Positions 12,497-24,859 of a stretch of DNA of 64,000 nt are shown in pieces. The notes below the pieces were generated by a model that was given only the letters and a program-made list of their open reading frames with translations, was not told where the DNA came from and did not search any database. Location: NCBI GenBank assembly GCA_038087875.1, contig CM075987.1:24430001-24494000 (forward strand), in the 5' to 3' direction. Each line of letters opens with the position of its first letter. The first letter of the stretch is position 1. The translations under genes and the position numbers were made by a program. This DNA is from Malacoraja senta. Lineage: Eukaryota.

Positions 12497-12851
12497 ACCG
12501 TGGCGCAACGGTAGAGTTGCTGCCTCACGGCGCCAGAGACCCCGGTTCTATCCCGACTAGGGCTGCTGTCTGTACGGAGTTTGTACGTTCTCCCCGTGAC
12601 TGCGTGGGTTTCTTCAGAATGCTCCGCTTTCCTCCCACGCTCCAAAGACGTGCAGGTTTGTAGGTTAATTGGCTTGGGTAAAAATTGTAAATGGTCCCTA
12701 GTGCGTAGTGCATTGGGTTGGTGTAAATGTAAATTGCCCCTGGTGTGGGCACGATAGTGTTAATGTGTGGGGGTCGCTGGTCAATGTGGACCCGGTGGGC
12801 CGAAGGGCCTGTTTCCGCGCTATATCTCTAAACTAAACTAAACTAAACTAA
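12497..12851 (+). mobile_element. HE1-like SINE with internal duplication
   Basis: Full layout; ttgg.ttggt...tgtaaat segment duplicated at about 12670-12745. Confidence 0.9.
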
Positions 12852-13139
12852 GCTGCTAACAGCCTTCTCCGGGTCTTCACCATGAGGCTTGTTGTTAAAG
12901 TATTAGCAGAGGATATCGGCAGAATTGGCAGATTCTTCAGTCGTCGAGGTGTCGCAGCCAAAGTTATCCTCTCCAAATGGTTCTGCTGCCTCCCAAATTC
13001 CAGTCACCCAGCTTCAGAATTAAATGTGGCACCATTTGCACCTTCTCATACCCAAAGTCGTTGTGCATTGCTAGGTTCATTGGTCACACTAAGTTCCTCC
13101 TGGTGCGTAAGCAAGTTATGGAGTCTGGGGGGAGTCGAT

Positions 13140-13430
13140 GACATTTAAAAGATTCTTGGACAGGTACATGGATAGAGTCATCGAGTGAGCCCTTCGGCCC
13201 AACTTGCCCAGCATGTCCCAGCTACACTAGTCCCACCTGCCTGCGCTTGGTCCATATCCCTCCAAACTTGTCCCATCCATGTACCTGTCTTACTGCTTCT
13301 TAAACATTGGGATAGTCCCTGCCTCAACTACCTCCTCTGGCAGCTTGTTCCATACACCCACCACCTTTGTGTGAAAAAGTTACCCCTCAGATTCCTATAC
13401 AATCTTTTCCCCCTTGAACCTATGGTCCTC
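13140..13430 (-). mobile_element. CR1 3' end (preceded by a short plus-strand piece)
   Basis: Reverse complement of the HER1-like tail and ORF2 end. Confidence 0.8.
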
Positions 13431-13462
13431 GAGATCTGAAAATGTTCAGTCTTCTGAGATTG

Positions 13463-13600
13463 TTCAGTCCGAAGAAGGGTCTCGACCCGAAACGCCACCC
13501 ATTCCTTCTCTCCATGCAGATGCTGCCTGTCCCGCTGAGTTACTCCAGCATTTTGTGTCTACCTTCGATCTAAACCAGCATCTGCAGTTATTTCCAACAC
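13463..13600 (+). mobile_element. Short Penelope terminal-repeat copy
   Basis: ccgaagaagggtctcgacccgaaacg...gctgagttactccagcattttgtgtcta, homologous to 9212-9345. Confidence 0.85.
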
Positions 13601-14289
13601 ACTTTATTTGAGCTAGGTTAGTTTTGCAGCACAGAAGGGCAGATATCAGCCACAGGATTTTCAATTCATGGTATTTGTATTTGGTAAAATATTTTGAATT
13701 AATAAAGTAATTATTAATCAAGTATTCAAGAATAAAGTATTTTGAATTCATGGTTATCAGCCTTGATTCCTCTCAATATGGCCTTTCACATTTTAGTGAC
13801 AGTACTGGCCTTCAGATCTGAAGCATTGCCAGCTTTCTTGTACAATGTGACCAGGGGAGAAGTATAAGGAGAAATATTCAGCAGATAATTTTTGCAAGAT
13901 ATTGCAAATATGATCACCTTGGACAAAGAGAATTGTTTGATCAAACGGAGTGGAATTATCTTCTTTTCACCTTGAGATAATTGTGGTTTGATCCCAAAAT
14001 TGTCAAATGGGATTGATATTGTTTCGTTGGGGCTCTGGGTCTCGATCCTATGTTCTGAAACGCTATCAAGTTCCATTTTTTTCTAGGACAGTGCGCGAGA
14101 CGGGTTTCATGTTATCATCGTTTCTGTTTGGCCTGGAACAAACAAGTAGAAGGCAACTATTTTCAAGGTTTTCAGAGTTTATCTATTTGAATAGTTGTAA
14201 CTATGCAGAGTTGGTCTCTCATGGTTGACGGGTGACACCTGCAATCTAGAACCAGCAGTAAATAAACATAGCCGAGACAGAGGTATGGA

Positions 14290-14582
14290 GACACGGTGGC
14301 GCAGTGGTAGAGTTGCTGCCTTACAACGCCAGAGACCCGGGTTCAAACCTGACTAGGGGGCATGGTGTTCGTACGTTCTCCCCGTGACCCGTGTGGGTTT
14401 TCTCCGGGATCTCTGCTTTCCTGCCACACTCCAGAGACATACTAGTTTGTATGATAATTGGCTTGGTTTAATTGTAAATTGTCCCCAGTGTGTGTAGGAT
14501 AGTGCTCGTCTACGGGGATCGCTGGTCGGTGCGGACTTGGTGGCCTGAAGCGCCTGTCTCCACGCTGTATCTCTAAGCTAAC
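14290..14582 (+). mobile_element. HE1-like SINE
   Basis: A/B boxes, central domain, tail. Confidence 0.88.
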
Positions 14583-14811
14583 AGAAACCAAGTCGGGATG
14601 TTATGTTTGTACATGATATTGATGAGGCCGCACTTAGGTGAGGAACACTTATTGGGTTCAGTTCTGGTTACGCCGCTATAGGAAGGATGCCGTTAAACCA
14701 AAGGGCCTATGATGAACTTCCAACCAGAAATCCTACACCTTCAGAAATGGATACTTCTGTGAATTCATAACTTAATGAATTTACACGTAATGACACCATT
14801 TTATCAGTGTA

Positions 14812-15330
14812 AGTTCATAAGTGGGAGTAGAATTAGACCATTCAACCCATCAAGTCTACTCCACCATTCAATCACGTCCAATCTATCTCTCCCTCCTAAC
14901 CTCATTCTCCTGCCTTCTCCCCATAACCCCTGACACCCGCACTAATCAAGAATCTATCAATCTCTGCCTTTAAAATATCGATTGACTTGGCCTCCACGGC
15001 CTTCTGTGGCAATGAATTCCACAGATTCACCATCCTCTGACTAAAGAAATTCCACCTCATCTAAAGGAACGTCTAATTCTGAGGCTATGACCCTTGGTCC
15101 TAGACTGTCCCACTAGTGGAAACATCCTCTCCACATCCACTCTATCCAGGCCTTTCACTATTCGGTAAGTTTCAATGAGGCGTCCCCCCCTCATCCTTCT
15201 AAACTCCAGCGAGTACAGGCCCAGTGCCGTCAAACGCCCATCATATGTTAACCCACTCATTCCCGGGATCATTCTCGTAAACCTCCTCTGGACCCTCTCC
15301 AGCGCCAGCACATCCTTCCTCAGACAGGGG
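14812..15330 (-). mobile_element. CR1 3' end
   Basis: LERVQRRFTRMIPGM...LGLYSLEFRRMRG...MFPLVG; 3' UTR. Confidence 0.92.
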
Positions 15331-16109
15331 GGCCCAGTGTATAGCTCCTGAGACATATTACTTTAATATAAACGGTTTAATTTCATTCCGATTGTAGTCT
15401 TTCTGTAATTGCAGAACAAAGTCGAAGCACTCCGAGAGCTAAGAACTCGGGCTTTGCACTATTTTTTTCTGCTTAATAATGACTGCTTCTTCATTACTCC
15501 CCTTAATCTAAAATCTATACAAATCTGGTCCAAAACGGGGCTGGTGTGATTTAAAACATCAGGCTTAGAATGACTATATCCCCATGGACGGAATGACCTG
15601 TGAAATGCATTGGAGGGCTCTGTGGTTCTGTGACTGTCGCACTCAGTTCTAAACATGTTTAATGTATCCATTTGTTTTGTTCTTGCATGATGAGGTGAGA
15701 TTTACATCTGGTCGTAGTACTTGTAGGTCATGTATAATGAAGGTCGGGAAACCCTGGCATTATTTCAGCAGGGCAGACATAACTCCGATAATTCAAAAAA
15801 GGGCACCTGCTTTTGATTTTTGCACCTCATCACAGCACAGCTCAATACACAGGTTTCCCTTTCCCTCAGAAAGCAGCTAAACAGCACCCCGACAGACAAC
15901 TCCTGTGATGTTACAACATTCTCCGCTAAATCTTCAAATCAATTGAAATAACGTTGCATCTCCTGCCTTCAAAGTACTCCGCTGCCGTGCAGAAAATAAG
16001 CACATGTGCGCACTATTAGGTTTTTCTTTTTGCTTACAAAATCATATTTCCCCTCATATTCCTTCTGTCTGCACATTATATATCGCAGTCAAATACTACC
16101 TTCAGCTGA

Positions 16110-16204
16110 AGATGCACACAAAAAGCTGGAGTAACTCAGCGGGACAGGCAGCATCTCTGGTGAGAAGGAATGGGTGACGTTTCGGGTCGAGACCCTTCTT
16201 CAGG
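16110..16204 (-). mobile_element. Short Penelope terminal-repeat copy with intact hammerhead-like motif
   Basis: Minus strand reads CTGAAGA A GGGTCTCGACCC GAAAC GTC at 16176-16203. Confidence 0.85.
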
Positions 16205-16428
16205 CTTTTGCACCCAGAGAGTTGTGAATCCGTGGAATTCTCTGCCACAGAAGGCAGTGGAGGCCAATTCACTGGATGTTTTCAAGACAGAGTTAGGTAT
16301 AGCTCTTGGGGCTAAAGGAATCAAGGGATATGGGGTGAAAGGAGGAACGGGGTACTGATTTTGGATGATCAGCCACGATCATATTGAAGGGCCGAATGGC
16401 CAACTCCTGCACCTAGTTTCTATGTTTC
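16205..16428 (+). mobile_element. CR1 3' end
   Basis: TQRVVNPWNSLPQKAVEA; (tttctatg) tail. Confidence 0.88.
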
Positions 16429-16569
16429 TGCTCAAGCCTGCATACTATACAAGTGAGTGAAATCATAATTTTAAGATTTCATTACATGCTTGTGCCGAGC
16501 AAGAAGTGTCTGCTTGTGAACTGCTTTTCTTATCTTGAAGAGGTGAAAACCTGCCTGAGATTAGTTTGT

Positions 16570-16664
16570 GGGTAGACAAAAATGCTGGAGGAACTCAGCG
16601 GGTGCGGCAGCATCTATGGAGCGAAGGAAATAGGCAAAGTTCCGGGCCGAAACCCTTCTTCAGG
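16570..16664 (-). mobile_element. Short Penelope terminal-repeat copy
   Basis: Matches the 9240-9340 subfamily. Confidence 0.85.
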
Positions 16665-16777
16665 CTTAGTTTGTTAGATTTTAGATGAAGGGTAGGAATA
16701 TGAAAAAAGGTCTCACTTGTTGCAGAGAAAACAATCCATAAAATCAGGACGAATGGAAGCAAATACTACAGCTTGAG

Positions 16778-17030
16778 TCTAGTTTAGTTTAGACTTAGAC
16801 TTTAGACTTTAGACTTTAGAGATACAGCATGGAAACAGGCCCTTCGGCCCACCGAGTCCGTGCCGACCAGCGATCACCCTGTACACTAGCAGTATCCCAC
16901 ACTCTCGGGACAATTTACAATTTTACAGAAGCCAATTGACCTACAAACCTGTACATCTTTGGAGTGTGGGAGAAACGGCCAGAGAAAACCCAGGCGATCA
17001 CAGGGAGAACGTACAGACTCCGTACAGACG
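16778..17030 (-). mobile_element. HE1-like SINE (5'-truncated)
   Basis: Tail and central domain on minus strand. Confidence 0.88.
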
Positions 17031-17034
17031 GTCG

Positions 17035-17982
17035 ATTGTAATCGACTTCAGGAAGCAAAGCAGAGCACACACCAGCACCTACATTGATGGCGCCGAAGTA
17101 GAGGTGGTTGAACCTCTTCACTCTTCATTCTTCCTCCGCACAATTATAGCATGGAATAATCTTCACCCTACCATAGTTACCCAACCAGATGCAACTAAAT
17201 TTAAGGTAGCTCTTTCTTCCCAAAAACCCTTTCTGGCTTAAGTCCTCCCTCCACCACCTCCAGTTTAAATTCCATTTGGAATATTTTGGAGGACCAAGAA
17301 ACCAAGAAGAAACCAAGAAACCCTTCCAGTTCTGAGGCATAAACATCACTAGCAATTTGATCCTGATCCAGCCAAATTGAAGCAATGGCCACTAACACCT
17401 CTACTTCCTTCGAAGGCTTACGAAGTTCGGCATGTCCCCAACAACCCTCACCAGATTTGCCGTAGAAAGCATACATCTCAGGCTGGTTTGGGAACAGCTC
17501 CATCCAAGACCACAAGATATCCCAGAGGGTTGTGGACGTAAACCAGACCATCACCCCAACCAACCCCTCCATTGACTCTACCAACACTTCATGCTGCCTC
17601 GGCAAGGCAGCATAATCAAGGACCAGTCACCCTCCTCTCTCCTCTCCCTTCAGGCGAGAGCTACAGAAAACGCACACCTCCAAATTCAGGGACAGTTTCT
17701 TCCCAGCTGTTATCAGGTAACTGAACTGTCTTCTCACCAACTAGAGAGCAGTCCCGCCCTCCCATCTTCCTCATTGGAGACCTTCAAGCTGTCTTTAATC
17801 GAACCTTATTGGAATTTACCTTGCAGTAAACTCTACACTCTATACGTCACACATGTATCTGTACGCTATGGACGGCTTGATTGTAATCATGTAGAGACCT
17901 TTCCCTGACTGGACAGCACGCACCAAAAAAGCTTTTCACTGTACCTCAGTACAGGTGTCGATAATAAACTAAACTAAACTGA
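17035..17982 (+). mobile_element. Rex1/Babar-like LINE remnant, interrupted at about 17112-17325
   Basis: IDFRKQSRAHTSTYIDGAEVEVVE followed by decayed C-terminus; tail aagcttttcactgtacctc...aataaactaaact. Confidence 0.8.
17112..17325 (+). mobile_element. 3' end of another LINE family
   Basis: SFFLRTIIAWNNLHPTIVTQPDATKFKVAL (an 'FFPRTI..WN.LP'-type C-terminus); (ccaagaaa)n tail. Confidence 0.7.
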
Positions 17983-18062
17983 ATAGAATCCCACCCTCAT
18001 ATCCGTAACTTCAATTAAGTGAATCTCAAAGGCAGAGCATAACACATCAATGTTGCTAGAGA

Positions 18063-18340
18063 AATGGTGGAGCTGCTGCCTCACAGCACCACAGCCCCCA
18101 GTTTGATCTTGCTGTCTGTGTGGAGTTTGCATGTTTTCCTCGTGACCACAAGGGTTTCCTCCGGGTGCTCAAGTTTCCACCCACATCCAAAAGGCGAGTG
18201 CATTTGTAAGTTAAATTGGCTTCTGTATAATTGCCCCGAGCACGTGGGAGAGAGTGGATGAGAAAATGGGATAACATGGGAATATCATCAATGGTTGGTG
18301 TTGTCCCAGTGGGCTGAAGGGCCTGTTTCCATGTCGTATC
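18063..18340 (+). mobile_element. Diverged HE1-like SINE
   Basis: Central domain and gggctgaagggcctgtttcc tail. Confidence 0.8.
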
Positions 18341-18470
18341 CATCACTTATTCACCCATGCAATACTCATTTAATTTTAATTTAATTCCGATTGTAGTCTT
18401 TTGCTACGCTTGCAGAACATTGAGGAAGACCCAACCTGCAAATGTAACTGAACAAGGTTCTGAACAAGGG

Positions 18471-18564
18471 CCTGAAGAAGGGGTTCGGCCCAAAACGTTG
18501 CCTATTACCTTAGCTCCATAGATGCTGCCTCACCCGCTGAGTTTCTCCAGCACTTTTGTCTACC
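18471..18564 (+). mobile_element. Short Penelope terminal-repeat copy
   Basis: ctgaagaaggggttcggcccaaaacgttgcc...gctgagtttctccagc. Confidence 0.85.
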
Positions 18565-19162
18565 AAGGATTTGGCTGTTTATTTTGACTGAATAGACTTA
18601 TGTTCCTGAGTATTATTTTTCATTACCAAATATAGCACAGTCCCAAATGGTCACCAACATATTGGTCAGTTCTGAAGCCAGAGAAAGGAAATTAATTCTG
18701 CTGTTTAACCTTTGTGAACCCATCCCCCCCCTTGACCGCAAACAATTCTATAACTACAGACTCATCATGCGATTCCGATTATTTGTGCAGGCAGGTGGCT
18801 GGAATGGGCATGAATTAATAGATACAATAATATCATGACAAATGCAAGCAGGCAACAGAAATAACAAATTCAAAGCAAAGTATCGAAGACTTAATGTTAT
18901 TTTGGTGTGAGATCTTTATCCCCCCGTGAGAAATGCATGTAACGATTCAAGCTCTATTTACAAAATAACAATATGGGTTTCGACACCTCTTTCCTGCCCC
19001 ATTTCCTTTGCCTGAGACGGTTAATCAAAAAACCCCAACATACCACAACCTATGCACAAGGCTCGAAGGCATTGAAGTATGTTTAAATGGATTGTATGAT
19101 TCAAGGTACCAGAGGTTAGAACATAAGTTTATTGAATTTTGAAACATAAATCCTCACTGCAG

Positions 19163-19425
19163 TTTGACAGCATTGGGCCTGTACTCGCTGGAGTTCAGAA
19201 GGACGAGGGGGGAATCTCATTGAAACTTACCGAATAGTGAAAGGCTTGGATAGAGAGGATGTGGGGAGGATGTTTCCACTAGCGGGAGAGTCAAGAACCA
19301 GAGGTCGTAGCCTCAGAATTAAAGGACGTTCCTTCAGGAATGAGATGAGGAGGAATTGCTTTAGTCAGAGGGTGGTGAATCTGTGGAATTCTTTGCCACA
19401 GAAGGCTGTGGAGGCCAAGTCAATA
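19163..19425 (+). mobile_element. CR1 ORF2 C-terminal fragment
   Basis: KGLDREDVGRMFPLAGESRTRG...WNSLPQKAVEA. Confidence 0.88.
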
Positions 19426-19551
19426 TTTTACCTTCAATTTCCGTGAATTGCAAGCTTAGTTCTCAGTCTTTGTTGAGAAATTTTACCAAACCAATTCCTA
19501 ATACCCATGTAACTAGCTTCCTTTGACTGTCCCCTGTCCACTGCCTTCAAT

Positions 19552-19885
19552 AGTTTTAGTTTTAGTTTGAGAAATACAGTGTGGAAACAGGCCCTTCAGC
19601 CCACTGAGTCCGTGCCTCCATGACCTGTTCCCACTAGTTCTAGATAATCCAACTTTCACATCCACTCCCTACACACGAGGGACAATTTACAGAGGCCAAC
19701 CAACCTACAAACCGATATGGGATGAACCCAGAGCACCCGGAGCAAACCTGCGCAGTCACAGAGAGGACATGCAAACTCCACACAGACAGCGCCGGAGGTC
19801 AGGACCGAACCTGGGTCTATGGTGCTGTGAGGCATCAGCTTGACTGGCCGTGCCACTGTGCCACCCTTGCTCGCCACTGTGCCAC
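19552..19885 (-). mobile_element. HE1-like SINE
   Basis: Full layout on minus strand. Confidence 0.85.
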
Positions 19886-20589
19886 CATTTAATTGTAGGG
19901 ATATCACCCATCCAACACCAATCTAGAATGCAAGAACCTTGTGGCCAAAAAGACCTGATATTATATTGATAGATACATAAAATAATCAATGTATGACAAT
20001 TAAAGACGTGACGACCCTTGAGTCTTCAATGCACTCATCAATAGCTACCAGATGATTTTTCTTTCATTTTTCCTGTCATTTATTGAATGCAAAATTGTTA
20101 GCTTCTTGATGCACTGTTGAGTTTGAACAGGCTTTATCGTGCAGGAAGAGAATGCAGATGCTGGTTTACACCGAAGATAAATACAAAATGCTGGAGTAAA
20201 GGGCCTGTCCCACTTGGGAGACCTCCACCGCGACCTCTGGCGACTACAAAAAAATAATCAAGGTCGCGGTGACCTACAACCTTCCTCGACTATGTGTACG
20301 ACCTCCTTCGACTATGTTGAAGACCTCCCTTGACTATGAAGAAGACCTCCTTCGAATATGTTGAAGACTGGCTTCGACCATGTACGTTTTACTCGAGGAT
20401 GGTCTCTGGCAAATTGGTCCGTGAATGAGCACGACCCCCTTCCACCTCAGAGGACCATACCGAAAACCAACAACGACCAGTGACAAGTGTCTACAGCTCA
20501 AATGGTCACCTGATAAAATGATGTCATGTCTGCATTTTTTTCCTCACTAAAAAATGGCTCCCAGGTTTTTTTTTAAATCATTCTGAACC

Positions 20590-20870
20590 ATGCAAGCAAG
20601 GAAGGAACTAGTTTGGAGGATGTTAGTAAAAGTACAACTACTGCCGTTTGCAGTAGCCCTTTTGCTTCAGCAGCCTTTTAAGAAAGGCAGAAGGGGAAGA
20701 GCAAGGGTGAAGAGGAAGCACAAGAAGAGGTCTCAATGGGTGAATGGAGATGATGTGATGGACTGTCCCCGTACACCAGATGACTGGAAGAGAGTGGCGC
20801 TGGGCTTTGACAAAAGATGGAACTTTCAGCACACATGTGGGGCAGTGGATGGCAAGCATGCCATTCTTGT
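20590..20870 (+). pseudogene. Harbinger (HARBI1-like) transposase remnant
   Basis: Basic N-terminus (KRKHKKRSQWV) joined to CPRTPDDWKRVALGFDKRWNFQHTCGAVDGKH, which carries the first catalytic D. Confidence 0.88.
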
Positions 20871-20889
20871 CCCTGTCCCTGTACCCCTC

Positions 20890-21230
20890 AGGATGGCATT
20901 CTGCTGGAACCATTCCTCAAGGTCCCCCTCCTGCTGCCTGGTGAAGGTGTAGGGCATAACCTTCCTCCAGCCCTCCCTCACCATCAACGGGGCATCTGCC
21001 TCTGATGCTGTGTCAGACACAGGAGAAAGGGCTGCTTTGCTGCCTTCAAATGAGGCAGTGAAGGATGGGGTGGTGGTGGGGACATATACTACCACCCTGG
21101 TCACCTCCTCCAGGGGTCTCTCATGCAGGGCTACCTCCTCCTGCACTATCACCTCCTGTAGCATCACCTCCTGCCACTCCTCCTCCTGGGTGGGCAACAC
21201 CTGCAGGGCCATTTTTTTTAGGGTTGTGCC
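20890..21230 (-). pseudogene. Putative Harbinger second gene (Myb/SANT-like) N-terminal remnant
   Basis: Acidic region then YTFTRQQEGDLEEWFQQNAIL, resembling helix 1 of a MADF/Myb-like domain; convergent on the transposase. Confidence 0.6.
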
Positions 21231-22445
21231 CTCCCCCTGCGCTGCTGACCTTTTGGTGCCATCTCTAAAACACAAGTCTCCTCTCCAAAAAACTCTCCAG
21301 CTATGAATGAACATACATGCCTTGGAGTGACAGAGGTGACGTTCTGCTGTTTAAATTACCTTTTATTTCTACTGACCTTTTTTTCCCCCCCGGAGCTATT
21401 ACCTTCGACTACCTACGACTAGCATCACGACCTACTACGACCGGCTTCGACTAGACCTACGACTAAATAAAATATTGATTTTTCCCACGGCGACCTATTT
21501 TTAGTCGCGGCCAATTTTTAACATCTTGAAAAATACGCCGCGACCTAGCTGAAGCCTCGACTACGCGGAGACCACTCTCGACCATGAAGGAGAGTGACGA
21601 AGACCTCCTGCGATCTCGTGGCAACCTTGCCGCGGCTGTGAGTCGCGGGCAAACTCGCCAGAGGTCGCGGTGGAGGTCGCCCAAGTGGGACAGGGGCTTA
21701 ACTCCGCATCTCAGGGAGAGAAGGAATGGGTGACATTTCGGGTTTGAAGAAGGGCCTCGACCCAAAATGTCACCCGTTCCTTCTCTCCAGAGGTGCTGCC
21801 TGTCCCGCTGTGTTACTCCAGGATTTTGAATCTATCCGCTTTATTGTGCTCCCTGCCGTATGATGTGAAATGTGCAGGAAACGCAATGTACCGGTCCCTG
21901 GAGCTGTTAACAATGAACGCGTACATGCCCAGACATGTTTATATTCGTCCTGGAGAGGATGGTTGCTTTCTTAACTTCCACCGTCCAAATTATATCTCTG
22001 TTTGAAGCTCGGAAATTGGAAGGAAATATACGTAGCATATAAATATAGGTAGTATGCCAGATAATTGCAATGTTAAAATAAAGATAACTGTTCAGGGACA
22101 TTTAATTCCCCAAGCAATTTAAAAAATGTCAGAGGATCTGGCTCAGAGATCTAATGCAAAGGAGATGATGGAACATAAACAGTTGAAGTGAACATGACTA
22201 TTTTGTCAACGAAAGCACATGAATTTCAACGATTCTCCCTCATCTTAAAAAATTAACACATATTTTATTCCTTTGGTCCAAGCCAAGTTTATTCTTCTTC
22301 AATCTACGCTGAGATAATAACAGAGGCTACTATTTCATTCCGCTGTTTTTTGACCAACGGATCATGCTTTGGGATGTTTGTGTTATGTCGATCCGTCTTT
22401 CAGGCAACAAGCGGGTAAAAAAACGACACACACACACACACACAT

Positions 22446-22765
22446 GGCACGGTGGCGCAGCGGTAGAGTTGCTGCCTTACAGCGCCAGAGACCGGGTTCG
22501 ATCCTGACTACGGGTGCTGCCTGTGCGGAGTTTGTACGTTCACCCTGCGACCTGCGTGGGTTTTCTCCGGGTGCTCCGGAATTTCTCCCACACTCCAAAG
22601 ACGTATTGGTTTGTCGGCTAATTGGCTTCGGTAAAATTGTAAATTGTCCCTCGTGTGTGTAGGATAGTGTTAGTGTGCGGCGATCGCTGGTCGGCACGGA
22701 CTCGGTGGGCCGAAGGGCCTGTTTCCACGCTGTATTTCTAATTCAAACTAAACTAAACTAAACTA
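22446..22765 (+). mobile_element. HE1-like SINE
   Basis: Full length; flanked on both sides by short (CA)n tracts. Confidence 0.92.
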
Positions 22766-22987
22766 AAAAAAAGCACACACACACACACACACTAATTCAT
22801 TTATATCCGACACATTTTTAAGCCATAACGTTGATTCTTCAAACATTTTCATTGACTATGGAATGGCTGGCTTAACATCTCCAGCCTTATTAGGTACCTA
22901 CCTGAGCAGGTGGTGTCTTCGTAACCTAGCCCATTGGGATTTCGTCATTCAATCTTGTTAGGTTAGGCATGATACAGATACAGGTAC

Positions 22988-23275
22988 AGAGATACAGCGC
23001 GGAAACAGGCCCTTCAGCCCACCGAGTTCACGCCGACCAGAGATCCCCGTTATACTAGCACACTCTACGCACTAGGGACCATTTACGATTTTTACCCAAG
23101 CCAATTAACCTACAAACCTGTACATCTTTGGAGTGTGGGAGGAAACTGCAGCACCCGGAGAAAACCCACAAGGTCACGGGGAGAACGTACAAACTCTGTA
23201 CAGACAGCACCCGTGGTCAGGATCGAACCTGGGTCTCTGTCGGTGTAAGGCAGCAACTCTACCGCTGCGCCACCC
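22988..23275 (-). mobile_element. HE1-like SINE
   Basis: Full layout on minus strand. Confidence 0.92.
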
Positions 23276-23654
23276 CAAATGAAATAAAGTAAGGATTGGA
23301 TTCTTGTGTGGGAGCCAAATGGAGTTTCTAACCCTCACCGATGAGGTGTTAAAAATCCCACTATGTATCAGGTCATAGAATCTATAATATTTTGGACATT
23401 AAATACTAGATTTTAGAATATTTTAAAAATACTGAATTCCTTTCATTATGATTTTCATCCTGTTATTGTCAAATTGTTCTATGTTAGAATTCAGTGTTAG
23501 GATCAGTAAGTGATGAAACATTTAGTGCTGCTGGCTCACAACACTGGAGACCTAGCTTGGATTCTGATCTCCGATGCTGTCTAAGGCAGAGCGTATATGT
23601 TCTCACCACTTTCTCCAGGTGCTCTAATTCTTTCCCACATCCCAAAGACATGTT

Positions 23655-23822
23655 TACAGACACAAAAACCCGGAGTAACTCAGCGGCTCAGAAGAAGAAT
23701 GGTCCCGACCCGAAAACATCGCCTATTCCTTCTCTCCAGAGATGCTGTCTGTCCCGCTGAGTTACTCCAGCTTTTTGTGTCTATCTTCGGTTTAAACCGG
23801 CATCTGCAGTTCCTTCCTACAC
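23655..23822. mobile_element. Inverted Penelope terminal-repeat pair inside an old SINE
   Basis: Short minus copy + plus copy; cccaaagac at both sides. Confidence 0.75.
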
Positions 23823-23894
23823 CCCAAAGACGCGTTTCTTGGTTAATTAGCCCTTAATACACCTTAATAGCGACCGTTAATTACTAGTTAATAA

Positions 23895-24417
23895 TTTGGT
23901 GAGGCCACTTTGGGATATTGTGTTCAGTTTTATTCGCTTGTTATGGGAAGGATGTTGTTAAGCTGGAAAGGGTGAAGTGAAGATGTATGAGGATATTGAC
24001 AGGACTCAAAGACCTGAGCCGTGAGCAGGCTAGGACATTATTAATTGAAGCACAGGAGGATCTTATAGAGGTGTACATGATCATGAGGAATAGATAGACT
24101 AGATGCACAGTGCCTTTTACCTCGAGTGAGGCAATAAAGAACCAGATGAAGATGAGGAGGGAAAGGTTTAATAGGAACCTGAGGAAAATCCTTTTCACGC
24201 AAAAGGCGGTGGATGTCTAATTGAGCTGCCAGAGGAGGTACAGTAGCTGTGGCAAGTACTATCACAACATTCAAAAGACATTTGGACAGGTACATGGATA
24301 GGAAAGGTTTAGGATATGGGCCAATTTCAGACAATTGTGGCTAACGTTGACTTGGCATATTGGTTGGCTTGGATAAGTTGGGCCAAAGGGCTTAATACAA
24401 TGCCGTATGACTCTATA
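23895..24417 (+). mobile_element. Diverged CR1 3' end
   Basis: gtgaggccac..tattgtgttcagttt through a HER1-like tail atgactctat. Confidence 0.8.
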
Positions 24418-24429
24418 GGTTAATGGCAA

Positions 24430-24521
24430 AGGGAGAAGGGCCTCGACCCGAAACGTCACCCATTCCTTCTCTCCAGAGATGCTGCCTGATCCGCTGAGTT
24501 ACTCCAGCATTTTGTGTCTAT
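24430..24521 (+). mobile_element. Short Penelope terminal-repeat copy
   Basis: gaagggcctcgacccgaaacgtcacccattcc... Confidence 0.82.
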
Positions 24522-24859
24522 CAATGGGGATAAGATGGGTGCGTGTGTGTGAGAGAGAATAAGTTGCAAGAAATGAGAGGGTGAATGGGACGAATAGATT
24601 GGTTCCCACGAGATGCCACTAACTCCATTCTGTGTCATGAGAAGTATAAAATAAGAATAATATCTGCGCAGGCCTGTTGTTTTGTAGCCGGGGGTCTTTG
24701 CCCATGGGGATGGTGAACTTCTCGCTCAATCTTTAGTTTAGTGTAGAGATACAGCGCGGAAACGTCCCTTTGGCCACTTAGCCTACGGACCTGTACGTCT
24801 TTCGAGTGTTGCAGAACCAGTGGTCAAGGCATTGTTTCACACAGCCACTGCTCACCAAT

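Larger units (their letters stand above)
20200..21698. mobile_element. Internally deleted PIF/Harbinger transposon
   Basis: TIRs agggcctgtcccacttggg.gacctccaccgcgacctctggcga and its inverse; perfect TAA TSD; coding remnants on both strands. Confidence 0.93.
20141..21835. mobile_element. Inverted pair of Penelope terminal repeats hosting the Harbinger insertion
   Basis: Minus copy 20141-20199 + 21699-21743 abuts plus copy 21744-21835. Confidence 0.8.

Noticed and set aside
22446..22510. tRNA-like A/B box sequences
   Set aside because: These are SINE heads followed by the V-type domain and LINE tail, not tRNA genes.
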